NCBI GenBank assembly: GCA_963749495.1
Contig: CAVVMW010000001.1
Coordinates: 544,001-608,000, forward strand
Direction: 5' to 3'
DNA from: an uncultured bacterium
GTDB taxonomy: Bacteria; Verrucomicrobiota; Verrucomicrobiia; Limisphaerales; UBA8199
DNA length: 64,000 nucleotides
Shown here piece by piece: positions 50,934 through 62,275 of the stretch; position 1 is the first letter of the stretch, and every line of letters begins with the position of its first letter. The notes under the pieces were generated by a model that saw nothing but the letters and a program-made list of their open reading frames with translations, ran no database searches and had not been told where the DNA came from. The translations under genes were made by a program, and so were the position numbers.

Positions 50934-51600
50934 TCACCGCGTAGCGGTGCCCGATGGTAGCCGTGGACTTCCAGTCCACGGACCCGTGGCCCAAGCTCGG
51001 CCGCGTCGCGTAGCGACGCCTGAAAACACCGAAGCCGTCAGGCGTCGCTACGCGACGCGCGACGATTCGGACGCCACAAACCGTGGACCGAGGTCCACGG
51101 CTACCTTCACTGCGCCGCTCCGCGACGCGCGCGCAGCCTCCGGCTCACCGCGTATCGGTGCCCGATGGTAGCCGTGGACTTCCAGTCCACGGACCCGTGG
51201 CCCAAGCTCCACCGCGTCGCGTAGCGACGCCTGAAAACAGCGAAGCCGTCAGGCGTCGCTACGCGACGCGCGACCCTTCCCACGCCCCGAACCGTGGACC
51301 GAGGTCCACGGCTACCTTCACTGCGTCGCTCCGCGACGCGCGCGCAGCCTCCGGCTCACCGCGTAGCGGTGCCCGATGGTAGCCGTGGACTTTAGTCCAC
51401 GGACCCGTGGCCCAAGCTCCACCGCGTCGCGTAGCGACGCCTGAAAACACCGAAGCCGTCAGGCGTCGCTACGCAACGCGCGACGATTCGGACGGCCCGA
51501 ACCGTGGACCGAGGTCCACGGCTACCTTCACTGCGTCGCTCCGCGACGCCCAACGCCCCGAACCGTGGACCGAGGTCCACGGCTGCCTTCACTGCGTCGC
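50934..51600. repeat. Three tandem 211-bp REPIN-like units plus a partial unit
   Basis: Units start at 50934, 51145 and 51356; each has GTAG-CCGTGGAC..GTCCACGG and its inverted copy. Confidence 0.92.
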
Positions 51601-51619
51601 TGCGCGAGGCATGGGGCGC

Positions 51620-52263
51620 TCACTCTCCAATCGGGTCTTCCCACTCGGGATAGACCTCGGGCTTGAGTTGGCCGCGGCGGATGAGTTCCTGGAGGTCGCG
51701 GATGATGGTGCGGCGGGCAACGTTGAATTGGCGGGCCAGGGCGGAGATGTTGGGGCGCTGGCAGGAATCGCCGACGATTTCCAGGATGCGGTTCTGGCGG
51801 CTGAGGCGGTCGGTCGAGCGGGTGAGGAGGTCTTGGGCATCAACGCGGTGGGAGCGTTCGAGGGACTCGAACTGGCGCACGACCTCGTCGGGCCCGCACT
51901 CCTTGAGGGCGATGGCGACGGTGCGCTTGAGGGCGTGGATATCGACCGGTTTGGTCAGGCAAAAATGGGCCCGGCGCGGTCCCTGCAAGGCGGCCAGTTG
52001 CTCGTGGACCTCCAGCGCCCCCGAAACGACCAGGATCGGCACGTGCGGGAGCACCTCTTTGAACTGGGGCAGGAAACTCAGGCCCAGTTCCCCTTCTGCC
52101 AGCACGTGGTCCAGGATTAAGAGGTCGGGCCGCTCGAGGGGATTTGGGCCAGGGCCTCGCTCCCGCTGGCCACGCGCACCAGCCGGTACTTGGCCAGGGC
52201 TTCTTCATAGATCTCGTACTGGAGATCGTCATCTTCTATGATCAGGATGGTAGGAGGGTTCAT
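51620..52263 (-). CDS. Response regulator with a C-terminal HTH (frameshift near 52140)
   Basis: ILIIEDD, LILD, KP; ALARQFNVARRTIIRDL. Confidence 0.85.
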
Positions 52264-55200
52264 GATGGGTGAACGGTTTGTGCTTGGGCGCCGGTTTTCT
52301 CATCGGGCGCGGGGCGCCCCACCGCCAGGATGAGCGTGAAGGTGCTGCCCCGGTCCACGACCGACACGACGGCCAGGCCGGCCTCGGTCTTGGCGGCCAG
52401 TTGATAGACCATGGAAAGGCCCAGACCCGTGCCTCGCCGGGCGGAGAGGGCCTTGGTGGTGAAAAAGGGCTCGAAGATGCGCGGCAGGTTGGCGGGCGGA
52501 ATCCCGCAGCCGAAATCGCGCACGGCCACGGCGACATATCGCTGCGCCTTGGCGGGCACCAGGACAAGGTCCGCCGGCAGACCCTCCAGGAGCCGCGTCG
52601 CTATCAGGATGCGCTTGCGCCCGGCCATCGATTCGGCCGCGTTGAAGATGAAGTTCAGGAGCATCTGCTGGATGAGGTCTTTGGAGACCGTCACCGGGGG
52701 CAGGCCGGGGGCGGGCTCGAAGTTGACCTGGACCTCTCTCAAGAAACGGTCGCCCAGCAGCTTGATCGTGTCGTCCACGATCCCGTTGATGTCGCACTCG
52801 ATGGGTTGCAGGCCGGAGTCGCGGCCGAAGCCGAGCATGGCCTTGACGATTCCGGCGCCCTGCTCGACAACGGTCTTGATGCGGTCCAGGCGCGTGCGCA
52901 CCTTCGGTGGATTGTCGAGGTTGTCTTCGATGATCTGGGCGGAGCCCTGGATAATGGAGAGGATGTTGTTGAAATCGTGGGCGATGCCTGCGGCCAGGGT
53001 GCCCAGGGCGGTCATCTTCTGGCTGTGGAGCAGTTCGCGGTTGGCGATTTCCAGTTCGCGGGTCCGTTGGGCGACCTGCTTTTCGACCTCGGCATAGCTG
53101 CGCACCAGGCGCTGGTGGCGGTTGAAGGCCAGCCCGGCAAAAAAGAGGCCCCCGCCAGCCCGGCCACGGCAATCGCCACCAGCCGGGTCTCTTTGTACCA
53201 GGGCAGCACGACCTGGAAATCGAACCGCACTGCCTTGGGGTCCACGTTTCCGTTTCGATCCATGGCCTTGACGCTCAGGAAATGCGGGCCCGCCGGCTGG
53301 TCCGGGAATGAGACGCTGTTTTCTTCGGAGAACCGGGTCCATTCGTGGTCGTCCAGTTGATAGGCGAAGAGCAGGCGCGAGGGCTGGGTGTAGTCCCATT
53401 TGTCGCGGCTCGAACTGAAGGTGAGGGTAATGATGCCGCCTTCCTGGATCTTCCCGCCGCTCTCGGGCAACTCGCGGATGCGGGTCAGCGGCGGGTCGCG
53501 GTCCGCCTCGGGGTCGTAGGAGCACAAGCCGCGCGCGGTGCCGGCCCAGAGCTGGCCGTTGCGGTCCTCGAAGACCTCGCGCACGTCGGCGCTGGGCAGG
53601 CCCTCGTCGCTCCCGTTCTCGACCCGGGCGTTCTGGGCGCGCAGGTAGCGGTAGAGCCCGTTGTTGGAGGCCACCCACACGCTGCCGTCGCGCGAGCGGA
53701 CCAGGCCCGTGAGCGACTCGAAGCCGCCTGGGACCACGAGCCAGTTCCGGCCGTCGAATTCCCAGATCCGGTCTTTGGTGGCGCACCAGGTCTTGCCGTC
53801 GCCCACCTCCGCGAATCCCAGCGCCGCCCGCGGCGTCGTCAGGTCGCTCGAGAGGAAGACGCGCCATTTCTTGTCATGGAGCCAGGCCGTGCCCTGCTCC
53901 CCGCTCAGCCAGAGGTCCCCATTTTGGGCGGCATAGAGCACCGTCATCTCCCCACCCAAGACATCGCCCGGGGGGCCTCGGGGAAGGCTGCGAACTGGGC
54001 GCCGTCGGTCGTCAATTCGAGGCGATAGGACTGGTTGGTGGCGCCGGGCACGGTGGTTTGCACGCACACACTGCCGTCCTTGAGCGTGCCCAGCACTCTG
54101 AACTCGGCCCCGGCTTCACCCACCGACTGAGCCCAGGAACCGGCAGCCGGCTCGAAGACATACAACTGGGACCCGGCATTGAGCAGCAACGAGCCGTTGT
54201 TGAGCGGGACCAGGCTGCGCGTGGCCTGGAGACGGCGCACGCTGCCGGGCGGGAATGTGTATTCGCCATGCTCGTCGCCGCGCATCCAGTGGAGTTGCGG
54301 TGCCGGCAATGTGCCAGAGCCGGCCTTGGTTATCCATGGCCAGGCAGCGGATGGGCGAGCCGGCCCTCTGCGCGCCGGCCAGGCTGCGCCATGCCAGCGG
54401 GGCGTAACGGAACAGGCCGTCGGACGTTGCCAGCCAGAACGCGCCGCCAGGTTCGATAGCCAGGTCGTTGTAGGAACGCGCGCTAATCTCCTCATACTCG
54501 CTCATCTCGGTCCCACCCTCCTGGTATTGGAAGAGGGTTGTGGGATTGGCCGCCCAGCAGCCGCCATCGGGGCCGCGCCAGGCGAAGCGCAACCGCTCGA
54601 CCGTGCCGGGCTCGGCACTCCATTGCTCGCCGTCGAAATGAACAATCACTTTCTGGTGCGTGGCTGTGGTCTCGGCCGTCGCTGTGATATTGCCGTTCTT
54701 GTCCTCGTGCGCCTCCTGGAGATTCTGGACCTGCAGCGCCGGGGCAAACGGGTACTCGCGCCATTCGGTTTCGGCCCGCAACGCGCGCGCGGGTCCGGAG
54801 ACCTTGGCCAGCCCGCGCGTGCCGGCCACCCACAGCCCGCCGTCGCCTCGGGCAGGGCACAGGCCCGTGAACCCTCCCAGTTGGGTCTGCTCGGCCCGGC
54901 GCAGCACCGTCGTGCGCGGGTGCGACGGGTCGGTGCAATCGAACTGGAGCAAGCGGCTGGGCAACAGGACCAGGACCAATCCCTGGCGCACCGGGTGCAG
55001 CGGGACCGGGTCCGGCGAGGGCAGGCGGCGCGCCTTGAACTCGGCTTCGATCTCGGGCACGGCGTGCGCCGACCAGGTGCCGCCCCTGAAACCAAGCAGG
55101 GCCTCCGGCTCCACAGTCCAGGTGTTGGTCGCGCCGCTTGGAGTGCTCTGGCTGGGCTTGAAATCCCACAGACCATCCGTCTCCACGGTCCAGAGCTGCC

Positions 55201-55468
55201 CGGCCGGACTCTCATAGACGCGATTCTGCGGAGAAAAGGGCGCAGGAATGAATTGGATTTTATAGCCGTCCAGTTCGCTGACGCCTGAGATCCCTGGATG
55301 GGTGACCAGCACCTTGCCGTGCGGGGCAACTGTCACGGTCGAGCAAACCGGGCTCTGCAGGCCGTTGATCCCTTTATAGGCGCGCCAGTTCGGGGCCTTC
55401 TGGCCCCAACTCGTCTCGACCAGCGCCACCAACAGTGCGCCCGCCAGATATGACCGGCCTTTGGCCAT
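52260..55468 (-). CDS. Sensor histidine kinase with a periplasmic beta-propeller and Y_Y_Y domain (several frameshifts)
   Basis: Repeated G.LW.GT motifs, FAYQLD..W, TM, GIAHDFNN, NAAESM, GTGLGL. Confidence 0.85.
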
Positions 55469-55680
55469 CGTTCGCAATGCTCCGGACCACGCCGATTATT
55501 CAACACCCGATGCCCGCAAGCAAACAAAAGCGGACCGCAGTCTCGTAGCGCAGGTTTCCAAACCTGCGCTACGCTGGCGCACAGGCGCGCCGAGCGAATT
55601 TGTCAATGGCCCCAGGGTGTGCAATCAGACGCACACTTCTCAAGACGCGCCGGACGCGCTAAAGAACCATCCGGCAAAGA

Positions 55681-56487
55681 ATGTTTGGAGAACTCAAGAT
55701 TGTAAAACAAGCCGCACGAGGCTGCGGCTGGCGCGCGATGGCCTTCACTCTGGTCGAGTTGCTGGTCGTCATCGCCATCATTGCCATCCTGGCTGCCTTG
55801 CTCCTGCCCGCCCTGGCCACCAGCGGGCGCACCCCTTTGCGCGCCGCCTGCGCCAACAACCTCAAACAACTCGCCCTGGCCGCGCAGATGTATGCGGCCG
55901 ACAACGACGGCCGCCTGGCCGGCAACCCGCCCGAACCAATCCTCGACCCAAAGGCGGCCCCGGCCTGGGTGCTCGGGAACATGAAAAGCCCGAGCGACGC
56001 CACCAACCTGGCCTTGATTGAGCAAGGCGAGATCTTCCCTTATGCGCAACAGTGCCGCATCTACCGCTGTCCCGCCGACCTGTCTCAGACCCAAGGCACA
56101 AGCCGCGTCCGCAGCTTCTCCATGAACAGTTGGATGGGCGGCCGCTACATGGAAACCCGCGGACGCGCAACCACCTTCCGCACGTTCCTGCGTGACGGCG
56201 ATTTAGCCGCCGCCGGACCCGCCACCCTCTTCGTGATGGCAGACGAGCACGAAACCACCATCGATGACCCCGTGTTCCTTGTCACCATGGACGACAGCCG
56301 GCCCTTCGCCAGTCTCCCCGCTATGCGCCACCAGCACGGCTACAGCCTCAACTTCGCCGACGGCCATGCCGAACTTTTCCGCCTGCGCGACCCCGCCACA
56401 ATCGCCCAACCCGCAGGGGCTCCATCCCCCGAATACAGCCCGTTGAATTCCGACTGGATTCGGCTCAAGGCCGTCACGACAAGATGA
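55681..56487 (+). CDS. Prepilin-type N-terminal methylation protein with an H-X9-DG domain (DUF1559-like); start uncertain
   Basis: [53 protein letters not shown]. Confidence 0.9.
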   Translation: MFGELKIVKQAARGCGWRAMAFTLVELLVVIAIIAILAALLLPALATSGRTPLRAACANNLKQLALAAQMYAADNDGRLAGNPPEPILDPKAAPAWVLGNMKSPSDATNLALIEQGEIFPYAQQCRIYRCPADLSQTQGTSRVRSFSMNSWMGGRYMETRGRATTFRTFLRDGDLAAAGPATLFVMADEHETTIDDPVFLVTMDDSRPFASLPAMRHQHGYSLNFADGHAELFRLRDPATIAQPAGAPSPEYSPLNSDWIRLKAVTTR

Positions 56488-56589
56488 GTCCAGAGTCCAC
56501 AGTCCAGAGTCCACAGTCCACAGTCCAGAGTCCACAGTCCACAGTCCACAGTCCCCGGGTGCAAGGCGTAGGCGCAGGGCAATTGTTCC

Positions 56590-56840
56590 CCGACTGTGGA
56601 CTGTGGACCGATGCGGGGATTGATGGATTGGTGGCAGAGGCCATCGGATCGGGAGACTGTGGACTCTGAACTCTGGACTCTGGACCGATGCGGGGATTGA
56701 TGGATTGGTGGCAGAGGCCATCGGACCGGGAGACTGTGGACTCTGGACTCTGGACTGTGGACTGATGCGGGGATTGATGGATTGGTGGCAGAGGCTATCG
56801 GACCGGGAGACTGTGGACTGTGGACTCTGGACTGTGGACT
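56590..56840. repeat. Three 77-bp tandem repeats interleaved with CTGTGGA heptamers
   Basis: GATGCGGGGATTGATGGATTGGTGGCAGAGGC at ~56610, 56687 and 56764. Confidence 0.9.
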
Positions 56841-56882
56841 AACTGATCGAGCCACGCCTTGTGGCTCCTTCAATCAGTGGCC

Positions 56883-57203
56883 TCAACTGGAGCCGGATCC
56901 GCAGTTCAAGAGATCGTCCCACAAGCCGCAGACGATGAGGCCGACGACCGTCACGAAGGCTGCAGTGGAGAGAAACCCCAACGGTACGATGCGGCGTGCG
57001 GCCCTGAGGTAGCGGTCCGCCGGGTTCCAATCTGCGCGGGCGCGGCGAGCCTGCCGCAGGACGCACATTGCCGCCAAGGCAAATGGAATCCCCAGGATGG
57101 GGATCAACCCCAGCAGGCTATAGACGAAACAGCGGAGGGATGAGTTGATGGCGGCTATCCGGTCCGCCAGAGGCGACCCCGAATCGGTCTTGGGCGTTGT
57201 CAT
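56883..57203 (-). CDS. Small membrane protein (DUF4190-like)
   Basis: Two hydrophobic helices, including LLGLIPILGIPFALAA. Confidence 0.6.
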   Translation of the reverse strand: MTTPKTDSGSPLADRIAAINSSLRCFVYSLLGLIPILGIPFALAAMCVLRQARRARADWNPADRYLRAARRIVPLGFLSTAAFVTVVGLIVCGLWDDLLNCGSGSS

Positions 57204-57514
57204 GGTCGAATGTCCGCTTGGACAGGCCGATACTCCAACGCCCTGGCGCGGCAGTCAATAGGAATTGGAGGGGCGAGCATGGCTCGGGCGCATCCCACCT
57301 TCGTCGGCCCTCAGCAAGCCAGGCAATTGAAGCGCGGTGTTTGGAAGCCCGCAAGGTTTTGGACTGCGGCAGTCCTCTGCCGCTTTTCGGACCCCGGGGA
57401 CGCGAAAGCGCCAGAGGACTGGCGCAGTCCAAAACGCTTTGCGACTTCGGAGGCGCGCTCCCATCGCTCGGTTGGGCCGGGCTCGACAAAGATGAGATGC
57501 GCCCGCCTGCCTCC

Positions 57515-58188
57515 TCACCGGTGAGCCGCGCGGCGCTGGGCCATCGGGGCCAGGTGATCGCTGAACCATTCCGAGGCCATGGCGGCGACTTTCTCGAGGG
57601 CCCGGGCTCCTCGAAGAGGTGCGTGGCCCCCGGCACGATGCGCAGGGCCTTTTGCCCGCTCAGCCGCTCGTAGGCCTCTTCGTTGAGAGGGACTACAGGC
57701 CGGTCTTCGCCCCCGACAATCAGCAGCGTCGCTGCGGTCACCCGCTCGAGGGCCTCGCCGGCCAGGTCCGGCCGGCCGCCGCGTGAGACCACTGCGGCTA
57801 TCGTCTCGCCCAACTGGGCGGCGGCCACCAGGGCGGCGGCGGCCCCCGTGCTGGACCCAAAATAGCCCACCGCCAGGTCCCGGCTGGTGAGCCGGTCCAA
57901 AGCCCAGTGGGTCGCCTCCGCCAACCGGTCCGCCAGCAGCGGGATGTTGAATCGCAGGTGCCGGGTAACGGCCTCGGCCTGCTCCTCGGCGGCCGTGAGC
58001 AGATCGAAGAGCAAGGTCCCCATTCCCGCCGCGAGCAGGGTCTGCGCCACAAATTGGTTGCGCGGGCTGTGCCGGCTGCTGCCGCTGCCATGGGCAAAAA
58101 GCACCAAACCCAGTGCATCGGCCGGCAGATTCAGCTCTGCCCCAAGGCTCACTCCCTTGACGGGAATCTCGATTGTCTGTCCTGCCAT
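57515..58188 (-). CDS. Dienelactone-hydrolase-like alpha/beta hydrolase (3' frameshift near 57600)
   Basis: FAHGSGSSRHSPRN, GYFGSSTGAAAAL, SRGGRPDLA, VPGATHLFEE. Confidence 0.88.
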
Positions 58189-58372
58189 GTTCCACTCTCG
58201 CTAGTTGTGGCGCGGGCCTCCCGCCTGCGCGCCTCGCTCAGACCCCACGCCGGAGCCGTCCGCCCCGGCCCGTTGATAAACCGTCGCCCCGCTGCGGCTT
58301 TTTTTCAATCACCGATTTTCTCCTTTTCAATCGCCCACGCCCCGGGATAGTGTGCCCGGACTTTGAAATAGC

Positions 58373-60448
58373 ATGAAATCGCCCGCCCCCGTGATTCTGG
58401 GAACTTTCACCCTCTTGCTCTCCGCCGTGGTCTCGCTCGGCGAGGTCAGGGTTGTCATCGACCACAATTCCAATTCCGAGGCCTCGGCCGGCTTCAAATT
58501 CAAGCGAGTCCCGCCGCCTTCCAAGAACGGCGCCGCGGCCAAGGCCAAATTCAGCATCCTGGAGGGCGAGCGCGACTCCAACGGCGCCGAACTCGACGCC
58601 CTGCACGACGGCAAACTCCCGACCGAAGAAGACCAGCCTTCGGAGAATTTCTTCTTTGCCGCGGGCAGCGAAGGGGGCCGGCTGCTGGTGGACCTGGGCA
58701 GCGTCATCGAGGTCAAGCAGGTCAACACCTACTCGTGGCACCCGAGCACGCGCGGACCCCAAGTCTATGTCCTCTACGCCGGCGCGGGCGCCTCGCCGGA
58801 CTTCAAACCCCAGCCCGCCAAGGGCGCCGACTTGGCCAAGGCGGGCTGGCAATTGCTCGCCAAAGTGGACACGCGCCCCAAAGACGGCGAGCCCGGCGGC
58901 CAATATGGCGTCAGCATCTCCGATTCCCAGGGTGTCCTGGGCCAGTTCCGCTACCTGCTCTTCGACATTTCGCGCACGGAAGATTCGGACGACTTCGGCA
59001 ACACCTTCTTGAGCGAGATTGATGTCCTGGACCGGAACAGCAAACCCGAGCAGGCCCAGACGGCTGTGGCCTCGGACCAGTCCGGCAAGGAGACCGTCCA
59101 GGCAGCCGACGGCGCCTGCGAGATCCTGCTCGACACGTCCGAGACGCCCGACCTGAGCGAGTGGGCCCACGCGCAATTGGCGCCCATGGTCAAGGAGTGG
59201 TATCCCAAAATAGTGAAGCTGCTGCCCAGCGACGGATTCGAAGCACCCAAGACACTTTCCATCCGGTTCAGCAAGACGATGCAGGGCGTGGCGGCCACCG
59301 GCGGCACCCGCATCACGTGCGGCGCCGGCTGGTTCCGGCAAAACCTCAAGGGCGAGGCCCTGGGCGCCGTGTTCCATGAGATGGTCCACGTGGTCCAGCG
59401 CTATGGCCGCGTCGCCCGCGATAACCCCAACGCCGTCCGTCCCCCGGGCTGGCTCGTCGAGGGGATCCCCGACTATATTCGTTGGTACACATTCGAGCCG
59501 CAGTCACACGGCGCCGAGATCACCCGGCGCAACATCGCCCGCGCCCGCTACGATGCCAGCTACCGGATCTCGGCCAACTTCCTCAATTGGGTCGTCGAGA
59601 AATACGACAAAGACCTCATCGCCCCCCTGAACGCCGCCTTGCGCCAGGGCCAATACACCACGGACCTCTGGAAACAACGCACCGGCCACACCGTCGAGGA
59701 GTTGGGCGACGAATGGAAGGCGGCGATCGAAAAGAAAGTCGCCGCCGAGGCCCCAAGCGCCGCCTCGGCTTCGGAGTCGGCCGGCTCCCAGGGCCAGCCC
59801 AATACCCTCACTGACGCCGAAAAGGCCGCCGACTGGAAGCTCCTCTTCAATGGCCGGGACTTCACCGGTTGGCACAACTTCAAACGCGAGGGCGTCCGTC
59901 CCGGCTGGCAGGTCCAGGACGGCGCCCTGGTCTGCTCCGATCCCCACACCGCAGGCGATATCGTCACCGCCGACAAATTCCAATGGTTCGAGCTCCAGCT
60001 CGACTACAACATCTCCGTGGCCGGCAACAGCGGCATCATGTACCACGTCACCGACGAAGGCAACGCGGTCTGGGCCACCGGCCCCGAATTCCAACTCGAA
60101 GACAACCAGGCCGCCGCCGACCCGGTCCGTTGCGGCTGGCTCTATGCCCTCTACCAGCCCCCCAACGACCCAAACACAGGCAAACCCCTCGACGCCACCA
60201 AACCCGTCGGCCAGTGGAACCACGTCCGGCTGCTCATCAGCCCCGACAAATGCGCGCACGAAATCAACGGCGTGAAATATTTCGAATATGTCCTGGGCAG
60301 CGATGACTTCAACAGCCGCGTCGCCAAGAGCAAGTTCGCCCGCATGCCGCGCTTCGCCAAGTCCGACACCGGCTGCATCGCCCTCCAGGGTGACCATGGC
60401 CAGGTGTCCTTCCGGAACATCAAGATCCGGATCATCGAGCCCAAGTAG
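58373..60448 (+). CDS. Secreted protein: beta-sandwich, basic secretory protein (HExxH) domain, and DUF1080 domain
   Basis: Signal peptide; HEMVHVVQ..PGWLVEGIPDYIR; WKLLFNG, GNSG, EFQLED, GQWNH, LQGDH. Confidence 0.85.
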   Translation: MKSPAPVILGTFTLLLSAVVSLGEVRVVIDHNSNSEASAGFKFKRVPPPSKNGAAAKAKFSILEGERDSNGAELDALHDGKLPTEEDQPSENFFFAAGSEGGRLLVDLGSVIEVKQVNTYSWHPSTRGPQVYVLYAGAGASPDFKPQPAKGADLAKAGWQLLAKVDTRPKDGEPGGQYGVSISDSQGVLGQFRYLLFDISRTEDSDDFGNTFLSEIDVLDRNSKPEQAQTAVASDQSGKETVQAADGACEILLDTSETPDLSEWAHAQLAPMVKEWYPKIVKLLPSDGFEAPKTLSIRFSKTMQGVAATGGTRITCGAGWFRQNLKGEALGAVFHEMVHVVQRYGRVARDNPNAVRPPGWLVEGIPDYIRWYTFEPQSHGAEITRRNIARARYDASYRISANFLNWVVEKYDKDLIAPLNAALRQGQYTTDLWKQRTGHTVEELGDEWKAAIEKKVAAEAPSAASASESAGSQGQPNTLTDAEKAADWKLLFNGRDFTGWHNFKREGVRPGWQVQDGALVCSDPHTAGDIVTADKFQWFELQLDYNISVAGNSGIMYHVTDEGNAVWATGPEFQLEDNQAAADPVRCGWLYALYQPPNDPNTGKPLDATKPVGQWNHVRLLISPDKCAHEINGVKYFEYVLGSDDFNSRVAKSKFARMPRFAKSDTGCIALQGDHGQVSFRNIKIRIIEPK

Positions 60449-60870
60449 GAGGAAGCAAGGCCGCGAAAGGCGCGCGCCGATGCACCAGGGCCGGAGGCCC
60501 GCAATGTGATAGCCTGGGCTGGAGCGAGTCTGACGAGCGGAGGCCCAGGTCAGCCACAGTCGCAAGTTTCTCCAGCCCTGAAAGAATTCCCCGAACGAAT
60601 TCGCGCTTTGCGCCCCTGAACCTGGATATTGCGTTCCCGTCCCGCGAAGCGTTTTGGACTGCGGCAGTCCTCTGCCGCTTTTGTGTCCCCTCGCTGCCGG
60701 CGCGAAAGCGGCAGAGGACTGCCGCAGTCCAAAACCTGCGGGCTTGGTGTCGGTTCATGGAGAGCCTCCTTTCGCTTTTGCGCATGCATTGGGACCATGA
60801 ACCCAAAACGCGTAAGTGGTTGGAAATCAACGGATGCGTTTTTCGGTTCATGGAGAGGGCGTCACTCCTC

Positions 60871-60921
60871 ATGTCCCAATCTCTGGCCAACATCGTTGTT
60901 CACCTCGTCTTCAGCACCAAA
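60871..60921 (+). pseudogene. N-terminal remnant of an IS200/IS605-type (RAYT-like) TnpA
   Basis: MSQSLANIVVHLVFSTK lies between REP-like hairpins. Confidence 0.6.
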
Positions 60922-61081
60922 AGCCCTCTTCCGCCCCCTTCAGGGCGGAGGAGACGTCTCTTTCGGCCCCTACCTGGGGCTGCGCGCTGCGCGCTTCACC
61001 CCAGGCTTTCACATTGCGGGCCTTCGGCCCTCCCGTTTTCCTAGCCTCTGACGCTAGGTCCGGCTTGCCCAGGCTCTGTGC

Positions 61082-61471
61082 TCACTGTTGTGTCTGCCAC
61101 CACTGGACGTAGCGCCCATAGAGGCCGCTGCCCGAGTTCATCAAGAAGACCGGGTAATAAACCGCCCTGACCCAGCCCGGATACCGAACCGTGCGCGTCA
61201 CGACAGTCATGTTCGCGGAGGAGTTGGTGGTTTGGCCGACCAGGGTGGCGCTGTAACGGCTCACCGGGCCGAAGCTCAGCAGATACACCGTGAGTGCGAG
61301 GAGGGTTGCGGCGATGCAGCGCAGGGACGCCCCCAACCACTCTGCGCCTGCCCCGTCACCGGCATCAGCCCGCTGCGCCGCAGGAGCCGGCTCGGTCAAT
61401 TCTGTCCCACACTCATGGCACTGCGCAGCCGCATCCTCGTTCTCACGGCCACAATACGCGCAGTTTTTCAT
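61082..61471 (-). CDS. Zinc-ribbon membrane protein
   Basis: CAYC..CHECG, then TM and YLLSFGP. Confidence 0.7.
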   Translation of the reverse strand: MKNCAYCGRENEDAAAQCHECGTELTEPAPAAQRADAGDGAGAEWLGASLRCIAATLLALTVYLLSFGPVSRYSATLVGQTTNSSANMTVVTRTVRYPGWVRAVYYPVFLMNSGSGLYGRYVQWWQTQQ

Positions 61472-61601
61472 AACGCTGTTTCCTAGGCCGCGTGTGCATT
61501 TCTTGCAAGCCAAAAAGCCATTGCCCAAACACGGAGCTTAAGCTATCTCGGCGGCCGGGGATGCCGATAATATTCTGCGGTAAGTTGAAGGGTGCATCCG
61601 C

Positions 61602-61634
61602 TTGAAAGACAGAGTGTTTGTGGTAATTTACCAC
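61602..61634 (+). promoter_or_regulatory. Probable promoter and operator of vapBC (possibly leaderless)
   Basis: TTGAAA-N16-TAATTT, with palindrome GTGGTAA-T-TTACCAC directly before the ATG. Confidence 0.5.
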
Positions 61635-61635
61635 T

Positions 61636-61869
61636 ATGAAAACAGTAACGGTTGACCCACAGCGGCGTGTCCGCCTCGGCGGCGAAGCGCCAGCCACCAA
61701 ATTTTGGCTCATCCCAAAAGCAGACGGGTACCACTTGCGCCGGATTCCAAAGCCTGAGGAGGAGAAGCGCCCCACTTACGAGGAAGCGCTCCAGATGATT
61801 CGCGCCAACCGGTTTAGATTGGCGGCTCCGTGGGAGGAAATCAGAAAGGCCACACGTGAAATTGATTGA
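61636..61869 (+). CDS. Antitoxin (AbrB-like N-terminus)
   Basis: MKTVTVDPQRRVRL; overlaps the PIN gene. Confidence 0.7.
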   Translation: MKTVTVDPQRRVRLGGEAPATKFWLIPKADGYHLRRIPKPEEEKRPTYEEALQMIRANRFRLAAPWEEIRKATREID

Positions 61870-62275
61870 TACTTGCGTGGTCATTGCGGCGGCCAATGAA
61901 GATGACGCCCTCAATGGATGGGCGGAGAAATCAATCGCGAAGGCTGTGGCAGCCGAGGGCGCGGGCGTTTCGGCGATCACGCTGGCGGAGTTGTTTTCCC
62001 ATGCCGACTCTTCGGTGACGATAGCAAGGGTGACGGGGATGGGCCTGAAGGCTCTGGATGTCCCTGCGACGGCTTCCGAATTGTGCGGAAAGGCTTACAA
62101 GCGCTATTTGGCGAGGCGGAAAGCAGATGGAATAACGGCAGGCCCAAAGACGCCATTGGCCGGTTTTTTCATCGGAGCGCACGCGGAATCGATGGGGTTC
62201 GATATCGTAACCAATGATACAGACCGCTTTCGGAAGTATTTTCCGTCCGTTAAATTAATTACCCCTCGTCAGTGA
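61856..62275 (+). CDS. vapC: PIN-domain VapC toxin
   Basis: LIDTCV, ITLAEL, FFIGAHA, VTNDT.RF..YFP. Confidence 0.88.
   Translation: MKLIDTCVVIAAANEDDALNGWAEKSIAKAVAAEGAGVSAITLAELFSHADSSVTIARVTGMGLKALDVPATASELCGKAYKRYLARRKADGITAGPKTPLAGFFIGAHAESMGFDIVTNDTDRFRKYFPSVKLITPRQ

Noticed and set aside
50934..51600. Possible CRISPR array
   Set aside because: Whole 211-bp units repeat, there are no unique spacers and no cas genes; the architecture is REP-like.
24529..55468. Mass pseudogenisation or programmed frameshifting in motA, motB, fliG, fliF, fliK and the kinases
   Set aside because: Single-base indels, often at G/C runs, occur across unrelated genes with no nonsense decay. They are most likely long-read consensus errors; this needs a read check.
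56590..56840. Possible mini-CRISPR (77-bp period)
   Set aside because: The intervening sequences are heptamer repeats, not unique spacers.
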